A stretch of DNA of 64,000 bases from Macrostomum lignano. Taxonomy: Eukaryota. The translations under genes were made by a program, and so were the position numbers. Shown piece by piece: positions 48,531-60,937 of the stretch. Positions within the stretch are counted from its first letter, which is position 1. Every line of letters starts with the position of its first letter. Below the pieces are notes generated by a model. The model was given only the letters and a program-made list of their open reading frames with translations. It ran no database searches and had not been told where the DNA came from. The stretch spans positions 1 to 64,000 of the forward strand of contig NIVC01000121.1 in assembly GCA_002269645.1 (NCBI GenBank). Reading direction: 5' to 3'.

Positions 48531-51054
48531 CTATGATCTTCACTGCATGATGAACCGAGTCAGTCTCAGAGTCGCAGTTTTCAAAGCTGTATCGACAGAG
48601 CGTCCGCATCCTGCATTTTCCTTCCTGGCACATATTCGATCTCATAGTCATAAGCCGACAATTGCAAAGCCCACCGAGTCAGTGTGGATGGAACCGTCTT
48701 GGGAAGATTTTTTCTTAGATTCAGGATGTACTTTAAAGGCTCATGATCAGTCTGAAGAGTGAATTTCTTCCCAAGCAACATTTTCCGAGAACGTTCAATA
48801 GCCCAGATTATCGGCAACGCTTCCCTCTCGATGTTCGAATAGCTGGTTTGGGCTTGTGAGAGCGCCTTGGACATGTACATAACCGGATGGCCCAACTGCA
48901 CCAGCACAGCACCCAGAGATCTCTTACTAGCATCGACCCCAAGACAGACTGGTGAGCTGACATCAAACGGCTTGATGCATGGATTGGAAGCCAGAATTTC
49001 TTGACGTCAGCAAACGCCGCCTCAGCCGCATCGTTCCACTCAAAAACTCGATCTGCACGACGAAGCTCCTGAAGAGGCCGATGCTTCTCGGAAAAGTTTC
49101 GGGATCAGCCGTCCATAAAACTGAGCCAGCCCTAGAAATATTTCTAAATCCTTCTTGCTCTTTGGAACTTCAACATCCATTATGCGCTTCACCATACCTG
49201 GAACAGGATTGATTCCTTCATCATCAGTCAGGTGACTCAGAAACTTCAAGCTGTTGGCTTCCAAAATACACTTAGACTCATATTTACCTTGGCATTTGTG
49301 GTCTTCAGCTTTGTGAGCACCTGCGGTCGATCAGCTCATTATCCTGTTAGACTATCACAGATGGTTGATCTCCAATGAGAAGTGGCCTGTCTTTCCGCAC
49401 TCGTGGCAGGTGACAATCAGGGCGCGGTAGTCGGCTGGATTTTTGTCTTTCATCTGTGTTTTCACTTTCTTTTTTATCTGGCCGGAGCATCAAGGATCCG
49501 TGCATGAAACTCTTGAACTGATTTGATTTTTTGCTGATTTTTTACTAGTCCAGACTCCTAGCTTAAGACGTCCTTGGAACTAACTGAGATCAGCACGGGA
49601 CCCGATAAACAATATCCGTGGACAGAGGGGAGAAAACACAAATGAACTTTAGCAATCGCCTCTACCGCTCCCTCCTTTCAAAAGACTTTTCAATCGCCAC
49701 CTGAACAATATTAAAACTCCATCTCTAGAGCCACAATCCATTCCTGCATAGCAACGTCAATTATTAGAGCTCACAGCATCACGCATCACTGTACAGTTAG
49801 AGATGATTGCTACTCAGAATGCCTGCTAAGCAGAGTGGAGCGCGGGAAGGCATTGCCTCCCTACCTCACTACCCATTCCATTCCCGTCAAAGCTTAAAAT
49901 CAGTTATGCTCCTATTAGTTAATCATCGCATCAATCCATTCGTAAAAACCAGGTAGCGATATGCCTACCAAAAATGGCTGTCAATAAACTATACCGTAAT
50001 TTTAAATCTTTTAGTGCAAACCCGTTTGTTCATGCCAGATCAGTGAAGTCGCGGTGTTTACACGCTCGTAGATTGACAGACGATAGACTGCGTTTTATAT
50101 AAAAGCTTGAAATCGTTTTAGAAATTTTATTATAACAAATTTATCTAAATAAGCATCATAGTACATTGGTGCACTTCACTCTCTAAAATTAATTTTCAAA
50201 AGGCTCAATAACATCTTTTAAACACTTTTCAATACAGTTTACCTGTACGCGATGGCTGCATTGAAACAAATAGCTTGATAAACATTAAATTAAGAAATCA
50301 AAGCGAAATTGCAGTCATACCTAGAAATTAACGGATTTATGATATTTATATCAGAGTGCCGAAAAGCTGATTTCTCGAGTTGACTTGGGGAGTGGAAGAT
50401 CGAGTTAGACATACGTCAAGTGCGAGCAAGGGTCAGTTCGAGCAGAAGGGCGCAACAGTCGAACAGCGCACAGTGAAAATTGAAAATATCACATAATGAC
50501 TTGGGACGCTTTGACCTTCAACACCACTCGACCACCGTGCGAGGGTAAACAGCATACTACAGAGATAGAATTTTCTAGTTTAAAAAATCAAATTTACAGT
50601 TTACATTCTCGGTTAAAATTTGGTACAGTACACGGAGTGAAATTGGTTAATTAACACAGAAAAAAGTAAAAATCTAATAAAAGCAATTATTTAACTAAAA
50701 TAAATAATAAGTTCCATTGACTGAGTAACTGGTGACGAAAAAGCGAAAAATATTGCAGACATTTCTTAGAATCGTATCAACAATTAAAAGGTTTATAAGA
50801 TTTAAAAAGTCAGCCAACTTATACAGCATGGTACAAAGATAGGAGGAATCGGACACGGGGAATTGCACTAAGATAAGAACGCGAGACTGCACAGACAGCC
50901 GCAAGTTTAGAGATGGAGAGCAGGCAGCCGGGCTCAACCCGAAGGTTGCGTTCCCCGACGCCGATACCTCCGGCCCGAGCGCAGGAGCCAACCGAAACAA
51001 AGGACCCAGAACCCTATTAGAGGCAGGGGCTCTGTGCACCCTGGCGCACTTTAA

Positions 51055-51275
51055 GCGACATTGTCGCACAACCGGCGAGAGGCATTACTGCCCATTCCGC
51101 CGACTCCCCCTATGCAGGCACTCAAGCGCGCGGATACGTAGGCAGTCATAAGCACAGGCACAGACTGGCACAGGAGTGTACAGTGGCCCTAATTTTTAGA
51201 CATGTACACTTTACTGTGCCTTTGGGGTTGGCCCTAAAAAAGCGTAAATTGCACGAGCGAGCCCAAGCCGAGACC
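51055..51275 (-). mobile_element. SINE family B copy (5' truncated)
   Basis: Matches 5277-5500. Confidence 0.8.
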
Positions 51276-51671
51276 TAAATTCCTGAACTCTAACTCTAAC
51301 TGTATCCTTAATCGTTAGCAGTGAAATTGCTGGCAGCCAGTTATCCTGCTCCCAACGAATTCTCTTTCCTGGAATCTGACATCTAACAAAATTCTTAATT
51401 TGTCTTTTTGTATAGCAAGCAAGTATTCCAAAGCTGCAATCCAACAGACCCTGAACGACTGGTTCACTTAGGAAACACCAAAGATTAAGCTGTCACTCAC
51501 ACTGTGCAGACTTATACCACCAGTTAAGTGAGGTACACCAGCCAGTGCAACATGCACGTAGGGAGCCCAGGCAAAAGCATGTAAGAGGACCATCTCTTAT
51601 TATTCTTCTCTCATCTATTATTATTCTTCACGTATCAGCCTAGTTAATCAGTTTTATGGTCATCCTTGTGA

Positions 51672-52539
51672 TCACTGAATGTAGAAGCCGTATGCCTCGA
51701 GCTCGCACATGGTCAGGTAATCGTTGACATGACTCAGTACGCGAACTCTGCTTCCAGTCATGCCGCAGGTCACGTTTCTCACTTCGAAATGCTGCGTCAC
51801 CTTCACGCTGCCGCAGGTAACGTCCTCCACAAGTATTTCAAAGTCGTTCAACCGCTGCGGAGCCTGATCCAGCCTGTTGTACACAGTGACGTAAGCCACG
51901 ACAGCCGTCTGGACTAGGCTGCCCTCCCACCATTGGTCAGATAATCCGTTGGTGTGAATGCAGTAGCCAATAAAGAAGTTCGAATTCGTGTTGCCGTCAA
52001 TGTTTCGAGTGCACACGCCGCCGGCATGATTTCCCGAATGTTGGCTGCAGTTGAAAAATTGCAGCTTCGGCGGAGCTGAAAACGGGTTCGCGGTATCAGT
52101 TACTTTTCCTGTAACACTTCTGCGGGCACGTACGTCACTGCGCTCTACTTTCTGCCGCAGAGTTTGGGTTTCCACTTCATCGACAAAAAAACTCACCGGC
52201 ATCGTTGACAAAGAATTCATACGGCTGCTCCACAGCAGTCCACGAGGGTCGCCAGTAGAACGCGGAAGTGTTGAACAACTGGCACACCGTCGGGTTCTCA
52301 GTCCAATAGTAGAAGCCGTGACAGTTCGGCCTCTCAGAGCAGCGCATGGAGCACTGGATTGAGCCGCTGCCATCGACTGCCGCGAAAGCCGGAGGCAGAG
52401 TGCTGTTGCTGGGGCTGTCCGAGCTGCCGTAGGTTGACCCGATGGAGGCTGAACCGGCGGCGGGAAGAAACATCATTAATGCCATCAAGGAGATGGTCAG
52501 GATAACAGCAAGTGGATCCATTGGAGTGAAATGCTTCAT
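51672..52539 (-). CDS. Secreted PAN/apple + F-type lectin (fucolectin) protein, 248 aa; exons 52539-52197 and 52075-51672
   Basis: Hydrophobic signal peptide; QCSMRCSERPNCHGFYY...C.L apple domain; F-type lectin with H-x26-R-x-D-x4-R; phase-1 intron G|GTGAGT ... ttttcag|CT. Confidence 0.85.
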
Positions 52540-52784
52540 TAGTTGAGTGCAGACTCAAAACTATGCGGATTGTGTGGAAAAATCTTATCTCGCTTCTTGG
52601 TTGCTACAAATGCGTCATACGTTACCATGACGATTGACTTGGGGCTGGGTAGCAGGTTTTTAGCCAACCCCACCCTGCTCTTTTAGCCAGTACAGGCTCG
52701 CATTGTTGAGAACTTGCCAACTTAACCAATGAGAGGCCATCAATGAAGAGTAACTAATCCTTCTCTAATAGCTCGTACGCTAGT

Positions 52785-54690
52785 AGACTTGCTCTCGTTC
52801 TCACCTTAGCCTACACCTGTTCTCACCTTAGCCTACACCTGTTCTCACCTTAGCCTACACCTGTTCTCACCTTAGCCTACACCTGTTCTCACCTTAGCCT
52901 ACACCTGTTCACACCTTAGCCTACACCTGTTCTCACCTTAGCCTACAGTACCTGTTCTCACCTTAGCCTACACCTGTTCTTACCTTAGCCTACTCCTGTT
53001 CTCACCTTAGCCTACTCCTGTAACTTATAGAGCGAGCAAGAGTAAGCTATGGAGCAAGCAAGAGTAAGCTATGGAGCAAGCAAGAGTAAGCTACGGAGCT
53101 AACAAGAGTAAGCTATGGAGCTAACAAGAGTCATCTATGGGGCTAATAAGAGTGAGCTATGGGGCTAATAAGAGTGAGCCATGGGGCTAACAAGAGTCAT
53201 CTATTGGGCTAACAAGAGTCATCTATGGGGCTAACAAGAGTCATCTATGGGGCTAACAAGAGTCATCTATGGGGCTAACAAGAGTCATCTATGGGGCTAA
53301 CAAGAGTCATCTATGGAGCTAACAAAAGTCATCTATGGGGCTAACAAAAGCCATCTATGGGGCTAACAAGAGTCATCTATGGGGCTAACAAGAGTCATCT
53401 ATGGAGCTAACAAAAGTCATCTATGGGGCTAACAAGAGTCATCTATGGGGCTAACAAGAGTCATCTATGGAGCTAACAAAAGTCATCTATGGGGCTAACA
53501 AAAGTCATCTATGGGGCTAACAAGAGTCATCTATGGAGCTAACAAAAGTCATCTATGGGGCTAACAAGAGTCATCTATGGGACTAACAAGAGTCATCTAT
53601 GGAGCTAACAAGAGTCATCTATGGAGCTAACAAAAGCCATCTATGGGGCTAACAAGAGTCATTTATGGGGCTAACAAGAGTCATCTATGGGGCTAAGAAA
53701 AGCCATCTATGGGGCTAACAAGAGTCATTTATGGGGCTAACAAGAGTCATCTATGGGGCTAAGAAAAGCCATCTATGGGGCTAACAAGAGTCATTTATGG
53801 GGCTAACAAGAGTCATTTATGGGGCTAACAAGAGTCATTTATGGGGCTAACAAGAGTCATTTATGGGGCTAACAAGAGTCATCTATGGGTCACTCAGAGT
53901 CACTCTGCACCCACATTATAGCTCGCTTTAACTCCTTGGCTGATATTTTTTTCAATGTAATTTATTAGTTCAGTGTAGATTTTATCGTTTTGGTCTCATC
54001 AATTATAGCGGCCAGCTGGGACGAATAAAGCTCCATACCCCCCTAAAACCGCTCAGCCGGTTGAACGCCTCCCCCCCCCCACCCCCACCACAGTGCCCGT
54101 ATGAAGAACTTGCTTTTGTTTTTCTGGACCAAAGTAATAGAATTAAAAGCTTTTATATTTAATTAGATATCTCTACCTGCGCTGCTGTATTTGACGAAAT
54201 ATCCGGGAACCAGCACAGCCTCATCAATATTTCATGGATTCAGGAAAGAGGGAGTCTTAGTCCATTAAATTAAAATGAATTTATGCATTGGCTAGTGAAT
54301 ATATTTTAAAGCTTGTTCTTACATTGAAAATATACGCGCAAATAAGCTAAGGGGAGAAATCAAGCCAACAAGAGTAAGCTATGGAGCTAACAAGAGTAAG
54401 CTATGGAGCTAACAAGAGTAAGCTATGGAGCTAACAAGAGTAATTGCTATGGAGCTAACAAGAGTAAGCTATGGAGCTAACAAGAGTAAGCTATGGAGCT
54501 AACAAGAGTAAGCTATGGAGCTAACAAGAGTAAGCTATGGAGCTAACAAGAGTAAGCTATGGAGCTAACAAGAGTAAGCTATGGAGCTAACAAGAGTAAG
54601 CTATGGAGCTAACAAGAGTAAGCTATGGAGCTAACAAGAGTAAGCTATGGAGCTAACAAGAGTAAGCTATGGAGCTAACAAGAGTAAGCC
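52785..54690. repeat. Composite foldback-like element 1: 22-bp array, inverted 22-bp array, core, inverted 22-bp array
   Basis: Arrays at 52795-53020, 53030-53890 and 54365-54690; core 53890-54360 is homologous to 57470-57950. Confidence 0.7.
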
Positions 54691-54691
54691 C

Positions 54692-55580
54692 GACACCAGG
54701 CACGTCGCAGTGATCCATGAGGACCCGAGACCATGACGGTCTCTCAGCTAGTCAAGTGTGATTTTCTCTGAGACACAGGCTGTCTGTCAGCTGACATCGC
54801 TCGACAAACTGACGAACATCTCGGTTAAGTCCTGGCCACAAAAACTCCTTTGAAACATGTGCCTTGGTGTTTCAGCACTGGGATGCACATCATCATACCC
54901 AGTCTTCAGGATGCGCCTGCGGTGAATGGTGCGGCGGAACATCCTGGAACCATGGTTGACCAAACCGTTCTCGACAGAGCGCATCGCGGCAAGCTGGTAC
55001 GGCCGTTCCAACTGAGAGACTTGACCCCACCGAATGACCTAATTCTGTGTTTAAGCCTCTGAAGCAGCGAATATCAAAGAATTCCCTCTCTCATAATAAT
55101 AATAATTAATAATAATCGATTAAACCTGCCTTGATAGGCAGATGTGCAACCGACAGCTCAGCCGCAGCTATCGCGCGGCGAATCTGAAGGCTACGTACGG
55201 CTGTTCAGTCCAAGGACTGGGAGGTCGCCACACACACCCTCAATTACCCCAGCTAATGCTGGCACCCATTTTACAGCTGGGTGAACTGAAGCAATTCAGA
55301 GTTAAGTGTCTTGCTCAACTTGAGCAGCTCAAGGACACAAATTGTTCCGAGTGGGATCGGGAATCGAACCCCGCCTTTCAGTCGTGAGTCGAAGCTCTAA
55401 CCACTAGGCTACGACCCCTCCAACTCCCTCTCTCAGGTCATCAATCGTAACCAAACCTTCTGTGATCTTCACTGCATGATGAACCGAGTCAGTCTCAGAG
55501 TCGCAGTTTTCAAAGCTGTCTCGACAGAGCGTCCGCATCCTGCATTTTCCTTCCTCGATCTCATAGCCGAAAATCGCAAA
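54692..55580 (-). repeat. Duplicate of the Gypsy-integrase + SINE composite at 47566-48690
   Basis: Near-identical sequence with the same SINE TSD (55083-55093, 55425-55435); SINE at about 55094-55424. Confidence 0.9.
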
Positions 55581-56123
55581 GCGATTCCATGACAATTAAC
55601 CGCCTCAATTTGACCGCCTCAATTTGACCGCCTCGATTTGACCGCCTCAATTGACCGCCGAAGAAATTAGTAGAAAGCAACTCAAAAGTGTGTTCATTTG
55701 GTAATGTTAGGGGCAACTGAATATTGAAATTGTGTCTCTGCACATTAAGAGATCACAGTGAAGATATGACTCTTAAGGTTGGAAAAAAGGCCAAAAATTT
55801 CACTACAAGTGCCGTAACTTTTCACCCTCTCATCTGTCCACTCCCATCCAAGGTCCACAAACAACAGTCTTGACCTGGCGTAGGCTGCTAACACAAAGGG
55901 GTTTGACTTATGACCCAGCTGGGTATAGCATAGATGACTAGGAAACAATTATGTCCATTGGACTGTTATAGAAATACTGTTAAAAGTTCCAGTCAGAATC
56001 TCCTCTCACCTCCCCAATCTTCCCTCACCTTCCCGATCTCCACTCATCTCCCTGATCTCCCCTCAACACCACAATAATGATGGGAAGATTGGCAGAGGAA
56101 AGAGAAGAAATTAGTAAAGGCAA

Positions 56124-56640
56124 GTGAGATTGTGGAGATTGTGGCGAATGTGGAGAATGTGGAGATTGTGGCGAATGTGGAGAATGTGGAGATTGTGGAG
56201 AATGTGGAGAATGTGGAGAATGTGGAGATTGTGGAGATTGTGGAGATTGTGGAGAATGTGGAGAATGTGGAGATTGTGGAGAATGTGGAGAATGTGGAGA
56301 TTGTGGAGTTTGTGGAGATTGTGGAGAGTGTGGAGAATGTGGAGAATGTGGAGAATGTGGAGAATGTGGAGAATGTGGAGAATGTGGAGAATGTGGAGAA
56401 TGTGGAGATTGTGGAGAATGTGGAGAATGTGGAGATTGTGGAGAATGTGGAGAATGTGGAGATTGTGGAGAATGTGGAGAATGTGGAGATTGTGGAGAAT
56501 GTGGAGAATGTGGAGAATGTGGAGATTGTGGAGAATGTGGAGAATGTGGAGAATGTGGAGAATGTGGAGAATGTGGAGATTGTGGAGAATGTGGAGAATG
56601 TGGAGAATGTGGAGAATGTGGAGAATGTGGAGATTGTGGG
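56124..56640 (+). repeat. 9-bp repeat GTGGAGAAT/GTGGAGATT (about 57 copies)
   Basis: Read directly. Confidence 0.95.
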
Positions 56641-56657
56641 TGTAGATATTTCTCTAA

Positions 56658-58082
56658 TACGCTAGTAGGCTGCTCTTGTTCCCACCTTAGCCTACTCCTG
56701 TTCCCACCTTAGCCTACTCCTGTTCCCACCTTAGCCTACTCCTGTTCCCACCTTAGCCTACTCCTGTTCCCACCTTAGCCTACTCCTGTTCCCACCTTAG
56801 CCTACTCCTGTTCCCACCTTAGCCTACTCCTGTTCCCACCTTAGCCTACTCCTGTTCCCACCTTAGCCTACTCCTGTTCTCACCTTAGCCTACTCCTGTT
56901 CCCACCTTAGCCTACTCCTGTTCCCACCTTAGCCTACTCCTGTTCTCACCTTAGCCTACTCCTGTTCCCACCTTAGCCTACTCCTGTTCCCACCTTAGCC
57001 TACTCCTGTTCCCACCTTAGCCTACTCCTGTTCTCACCTTAGCCTACTCCTGTTCCCACCTTAGCCTACTCCTGTTCCCACCTTAGCCTACTCCTGTTCC
57101 CACCTTAGCCTACTCCTGTTCTCACCTTAGCCTACTCCTGTTCCCACCTTAGCCTACTCCTGTTCCCACCTTAGCCTACTCCTGTTCCCACCTTAGCCTA
57201 CTCCTGTTCCCACCTTAGCCTACTCCTGTTCTCACCTTAGCCTACTCCTGTTCCCACCTTAGCCTACTCCTGTTCCCACCTTAGCCTACTCCTGTTCCCA
57301 CCTTAGCCTACTCCTGTTCCCACCTTAGCCTACTCCTGTTCCCACCTTAGCCTACTCCTGTTCCCACCTTAGCCTACTCCTTTTCCCACCTTAGCCTACT
57401 CCTGTTCCCACCTTAGCCTACTCCTGTTCCCACCTTAGCCTACTCTCTTCATCGGCTTAGCCTGACTCTTCACCCACATTATAGCTCGGCTTTGACTACT
57501 TGGCTGTTTTAAATGTATTTTTAAATTCCAGTGCAGGTCTCATCAAGCATAGCGTGTTGCTGTGACTCCTATTAAACTGAAAAGCGTTAAAGCTCCCTAA
57601 CCACGCATTGGCGGTTACAAACGTCCCACCTCTGACTTGTTTTTGTCTTAGGTATGTGTATATGTTTATGTCATTAGTATTTCTTATTTTGTGTTCCTGG
57701 ACCAAAGCAGTAGAATTAAAAGCTTGCTATTTAATTGGATTAATTGGCTACCTCTACCTGAGCGGCTGAAATTGAGTCATTATCTGGATCCCAGCCTAGC
57801 CTCATCAATATTTTATGGATTCTGGGCAGAGGAAGTTTTAGCCCATTCAATTAAAATATTACTGTATTGGTTGCTTAGTTTGAAAATATTTTATAGCTTG
57901 CCTTTGTACTGAAAATTTATGAAAGAATTATGGCTATGGAGCTAACAATAGTAAGCTATGGAGCTAGCAAAGGTAAGCTATGGAGTTTACAAGGGTAACT
58001 ATGAGCTAACAAGAGTAAGGTATAGGTATGGAGAGAACAAGATTAAGCTATGGTGCTGATAAAGTAAGCTATAGAGCTAGTA
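56658..58082. repeat. Composite foldback-like element 2: 22-bp array, core, decayed inverted array
   Basis: CCACCTTAGCCTACTCCTGTTC array 56670-57445; core 57470-57950; GCTATGGAGCTAACAA array 57950-58080. Confidence 0.7.
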
Positions 58083-58089
58083 CATAGCC

Positions 58090-58850
58090 CTGAAGAAGTC
58101 TCTTTCTGCAGCCGATCGTCATCAGACTGCCCAGCTTCATCAGAAACGGGAGCATGAGAAATTCTCGCAGACGAATTGCCCGCCGAAATTTGCCGTCGAA
58201 ATCTAACGTCGAAAGTTAAAATCGACGACGTCTTTGGAGTGTGACGGGGAACAGACGCGGAGCTGGTCCAGTTCCACCAACATCGGGGACGCCCTCGACC
58301 TGAACACCCGGCTTCAACTGAGCTACAGCAGTACAGAGGTCAACTTCCTGGACATCTAGGACCGCGAGGGCTACAACAAGAGCCTGGGAACCTGCAGGGT
58401 GTTCTTCAAGCCCACCGACAGCCGAGCCCTCATCCACCGCGGCTCCTTCCATCTTAAGCGGACTTTCCGGGGCGTGGTGAAGTCCCAGATCCTTAGGGGT
58501 ACGCCCGGCGGTACTACCGGATGGCCGACTTCGATGCAACGTGCACCGGGCTGCAGGATGTCGAATCTGGTGCAGCACCAAGGCTACAGCCGGCGCTTCC
58601 TCCGCACCATAAAGTACGAAGTGCTGACGGAGCTGGGCTTCTACCCGACCAGAAGGTGGGAGTTCGGCTTCCTGCCGTGCAACCCGGCCCGGCTCTGCAA
58701 GTGCTGCCAGGCGCACCCAAGGTTCACCTCCGTCTGCCCCGGATCAGATGCCACATCGGTCCAACTCATCTGTCAGAGGATCGACTGCAACGCAGTGAAC
58801 GCCGTCTACGCCGTGTTCTGCTGCCGGTGCGACCACACGGACTAAGTCGG
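58090..58850 (+). mobile_element. Penelope-like retroelement relic (RT C-terminal half + GIY-YIG start)
   Basis: IDDVFG, EVNFLD, FFKPTDSRALIHRGSFHLKRTFRGVVKSQILR, and Cys-rich CNAVNAVYAVFCCRC; frameshifted. Confidence 0.8.
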
Positions 58851-59816
58851 CTGATGGCTCGAACTTGCCATTTAACTATTTCAGTCTTTGTCGCAGTACA
58901 CGGTGCCTTTTTCACTTTAATGGTATTTTTGCTCTCTCTGCTCTGCGATTTATTCTGCTCCTTTGTCATTGTTTGCAATATTGTTTGTCGACTCTGACGC
59001 CGTGTGCATGGAACCGGAGCTCTTTTGGCGTAAAATTTATTTGTTATTAGTTAACTTATTAGTTTTTTTCTGATGATGTTCTTCGAGTATTTGGATATTT
59101 ATTATTGGACCTATTAATAAAGTCTTTAAAGCCTACTCGTATAGTTGTAGCCATTTATTTGTTATCCACTTAATATATTAATTTTTTTCATTTATTCTAT
59201 TTATGTGATGTATTTACTCATACTTAATCTTTTTATTTTGCCAAATTTTATTTCTCTGCTCAGAGTCTGTAAGACCTACTTTTAGCCACCAATCTGTTCT
59301 TCTTAGAGTCTCCGACTCATCACATTACATGTATACTCGCCTTGCTTGTGCTGTGTTTTATGCGCTTGTACTGTATTTCTCTCTCTGTGATGTTGTAATT
59401 AATGTTTTTGTGTATAATCATGTTATCTTTATTTTTACATGTAATACCACATCAACCAGCTATAAAATCACAGGCGTCCTGTACTTTAAAAAAACCAATA
59501 TGGGAAGCTTTTAGGTACAATCGTGGCGCAATTTACTTTGTTAAATATTTAATTTTAATGTAAAATCCTACTTAACAGCCTTAAATTCAGCAACAGAGAT
59601 TCAACATCAACAAAATCGGCGAAAGAAGATACAGTGACAATCTAGTCAAATTTAGCAACAAAACAGAATGAAAAACTTTGTACAATTTTGTAATTTCTTA
59701 GTGCAACGGCATTAGTCAATGCATATTAAGTATCCTTCAATTAAGTTTGTTTTATCAAGTGTTTATTTTATGCTTTTTAAATGTGTTTTCCAAGAAATAT
59801 TCTTTTAACGATCAAT

Positions 59817-60077
59817 GGGTCTTTTCATATTGCTTGCTCTGGTTCCAGAACCAGAACCAATTTGTGAAGTATAACTTTTTGTCTCCATAACTAGAGGGAG
59901 ATACGTGCTATAAAGTTTTTATTTTTGAATGACAATCGCCAAGAAGAAAGTGAAAAATTGTGCTGAGTTAGGTTGTTAAGGCAGTCAAATATAAACAGAG
60001 TTTAATAGAACTATATTGCTGTTTTTCTTGGAGTTCCGAACCGATTCTGGTTCTGGAATTGGTATATGAAAAGGCCC
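59817..60077. mobile_element. MITE with GG termini and AT TSD (ISL2EU/PIF-like)
   Basis: AT|GGGTCTTTTCATAT ... ATATGAAAAGGCCC|AT. Confidence 0.65.
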
Positions 60078-60144
60078 ATTGAAGACGCGTCCTAGACTCC
60101 AATTTTATTTCGATTGAATGCATTTTTTCTTTCAAAGGTCATAT

Positions 60145-60937
60145 GGCTCATTCCATATAAGATGGACATATTTGGAAAATAGAAAAAAGTCAATATTTTT
60201 GCTTGCCAAGTTGCCTTATAAGCCTATTTTTTTACCAAATGTTTTTTTATGTGCAACATGTACAATCTAAGAATAAATGAATGGTAAAATGTTGGATTAG
60301 TATGTTATCAATTGGCAAAAAGTCATTTTTGTAAAAATTTGGACATTTTTCAAAGCAAAAGACATCATTAAGATTTTGTAGCCTACCTTTTAAAAACAGA
60401 TAGAAAACTTTTGAAGGTCGAAACAAACTATAGATAAAAGTATAGTACTTGCATCATCAGATAAAAGCATTGGTGACCAAATAATCTATTATATTTTTAA
60501 TGTATTAGTACCTCAAAGTTACTAAATTGACAGAAAAAAATATGTTACGACCATAATGTTACGACCATAAGGCTGCCTTTTCTTTTGTATCTTTGTTGCC
60601 TTTTGAGTTTATATATTCTAATATAAGAGTATGATTTCTAAAGATGTTCTTAGTCAAATTTTAAAAATGTATTGCAAAATATCAAAAATGAAAATGTTAT
60701 AAGACTTTTACCTTTTAGTTTCTATATGTCAAAAATCCTGTCGTTACGACCATAAGTGTCATTTAAGGTTTAATAGCATCTATACTAATTATGATATCTA
60801 TATGAAACTCTATAAATATATCCTAGACAAAATAATCTTTCATTTAAAATATTGGTTTAGTATATTCTATTATTAGATTTCATTTTATAAGTAAAAATAG
60901 CCTGTCATGTTACGACTGTGCTTATATGGAATGAGCC
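60145..60937. mobile_element. Non-autonomous DNA transposon, TIR GGCTCATTCCATATAAG, AT (or ATAT) TSD
   Basis: Perfect inverted 22-mers including flanks at 60140-60161 and 60921-60942; internal GTTACGACCATAA repeats. Confidence 0.75.

Larger units (their letters stand above)
47566..49600 (-). mobile_element. Degenerate Ty3/Gypsy gag-pol relic
   Basis: CCHC knuckle CHECGKTGH (about 49400); RT thumb FLGLAQFYGRLIP; RNase H YSNIEREAL...TDHEPL...RWALQL..YDY.IEY.PG; integrase zinc region WPGLNRDVRQFVERCQL and WSRVLMD. Confidence 0.85.

Noticed and set aside
50330-51050. Coding-like stretches between the Gypsy relic and the lectin
   Set aside because: No identifiable motif or consistent exon structure.
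55745-55948. 67-aa ORF (LLFVDLGWEWTDE)
   Set aside because: Possibly a transposase scrap but not assignable.
56124-56665. VEN/MWR repeat ORFs
   Set aside because: 9-bp tandem repeat with no splice or promoter support.
58085-58150. Hammerhead ribozyme near the Penelope relic (CTGATGA...GAAA on minus strand)
   Set aside because: Stem II does not close with the required G-C pair before GAAA and no stems I/III could be drawn.
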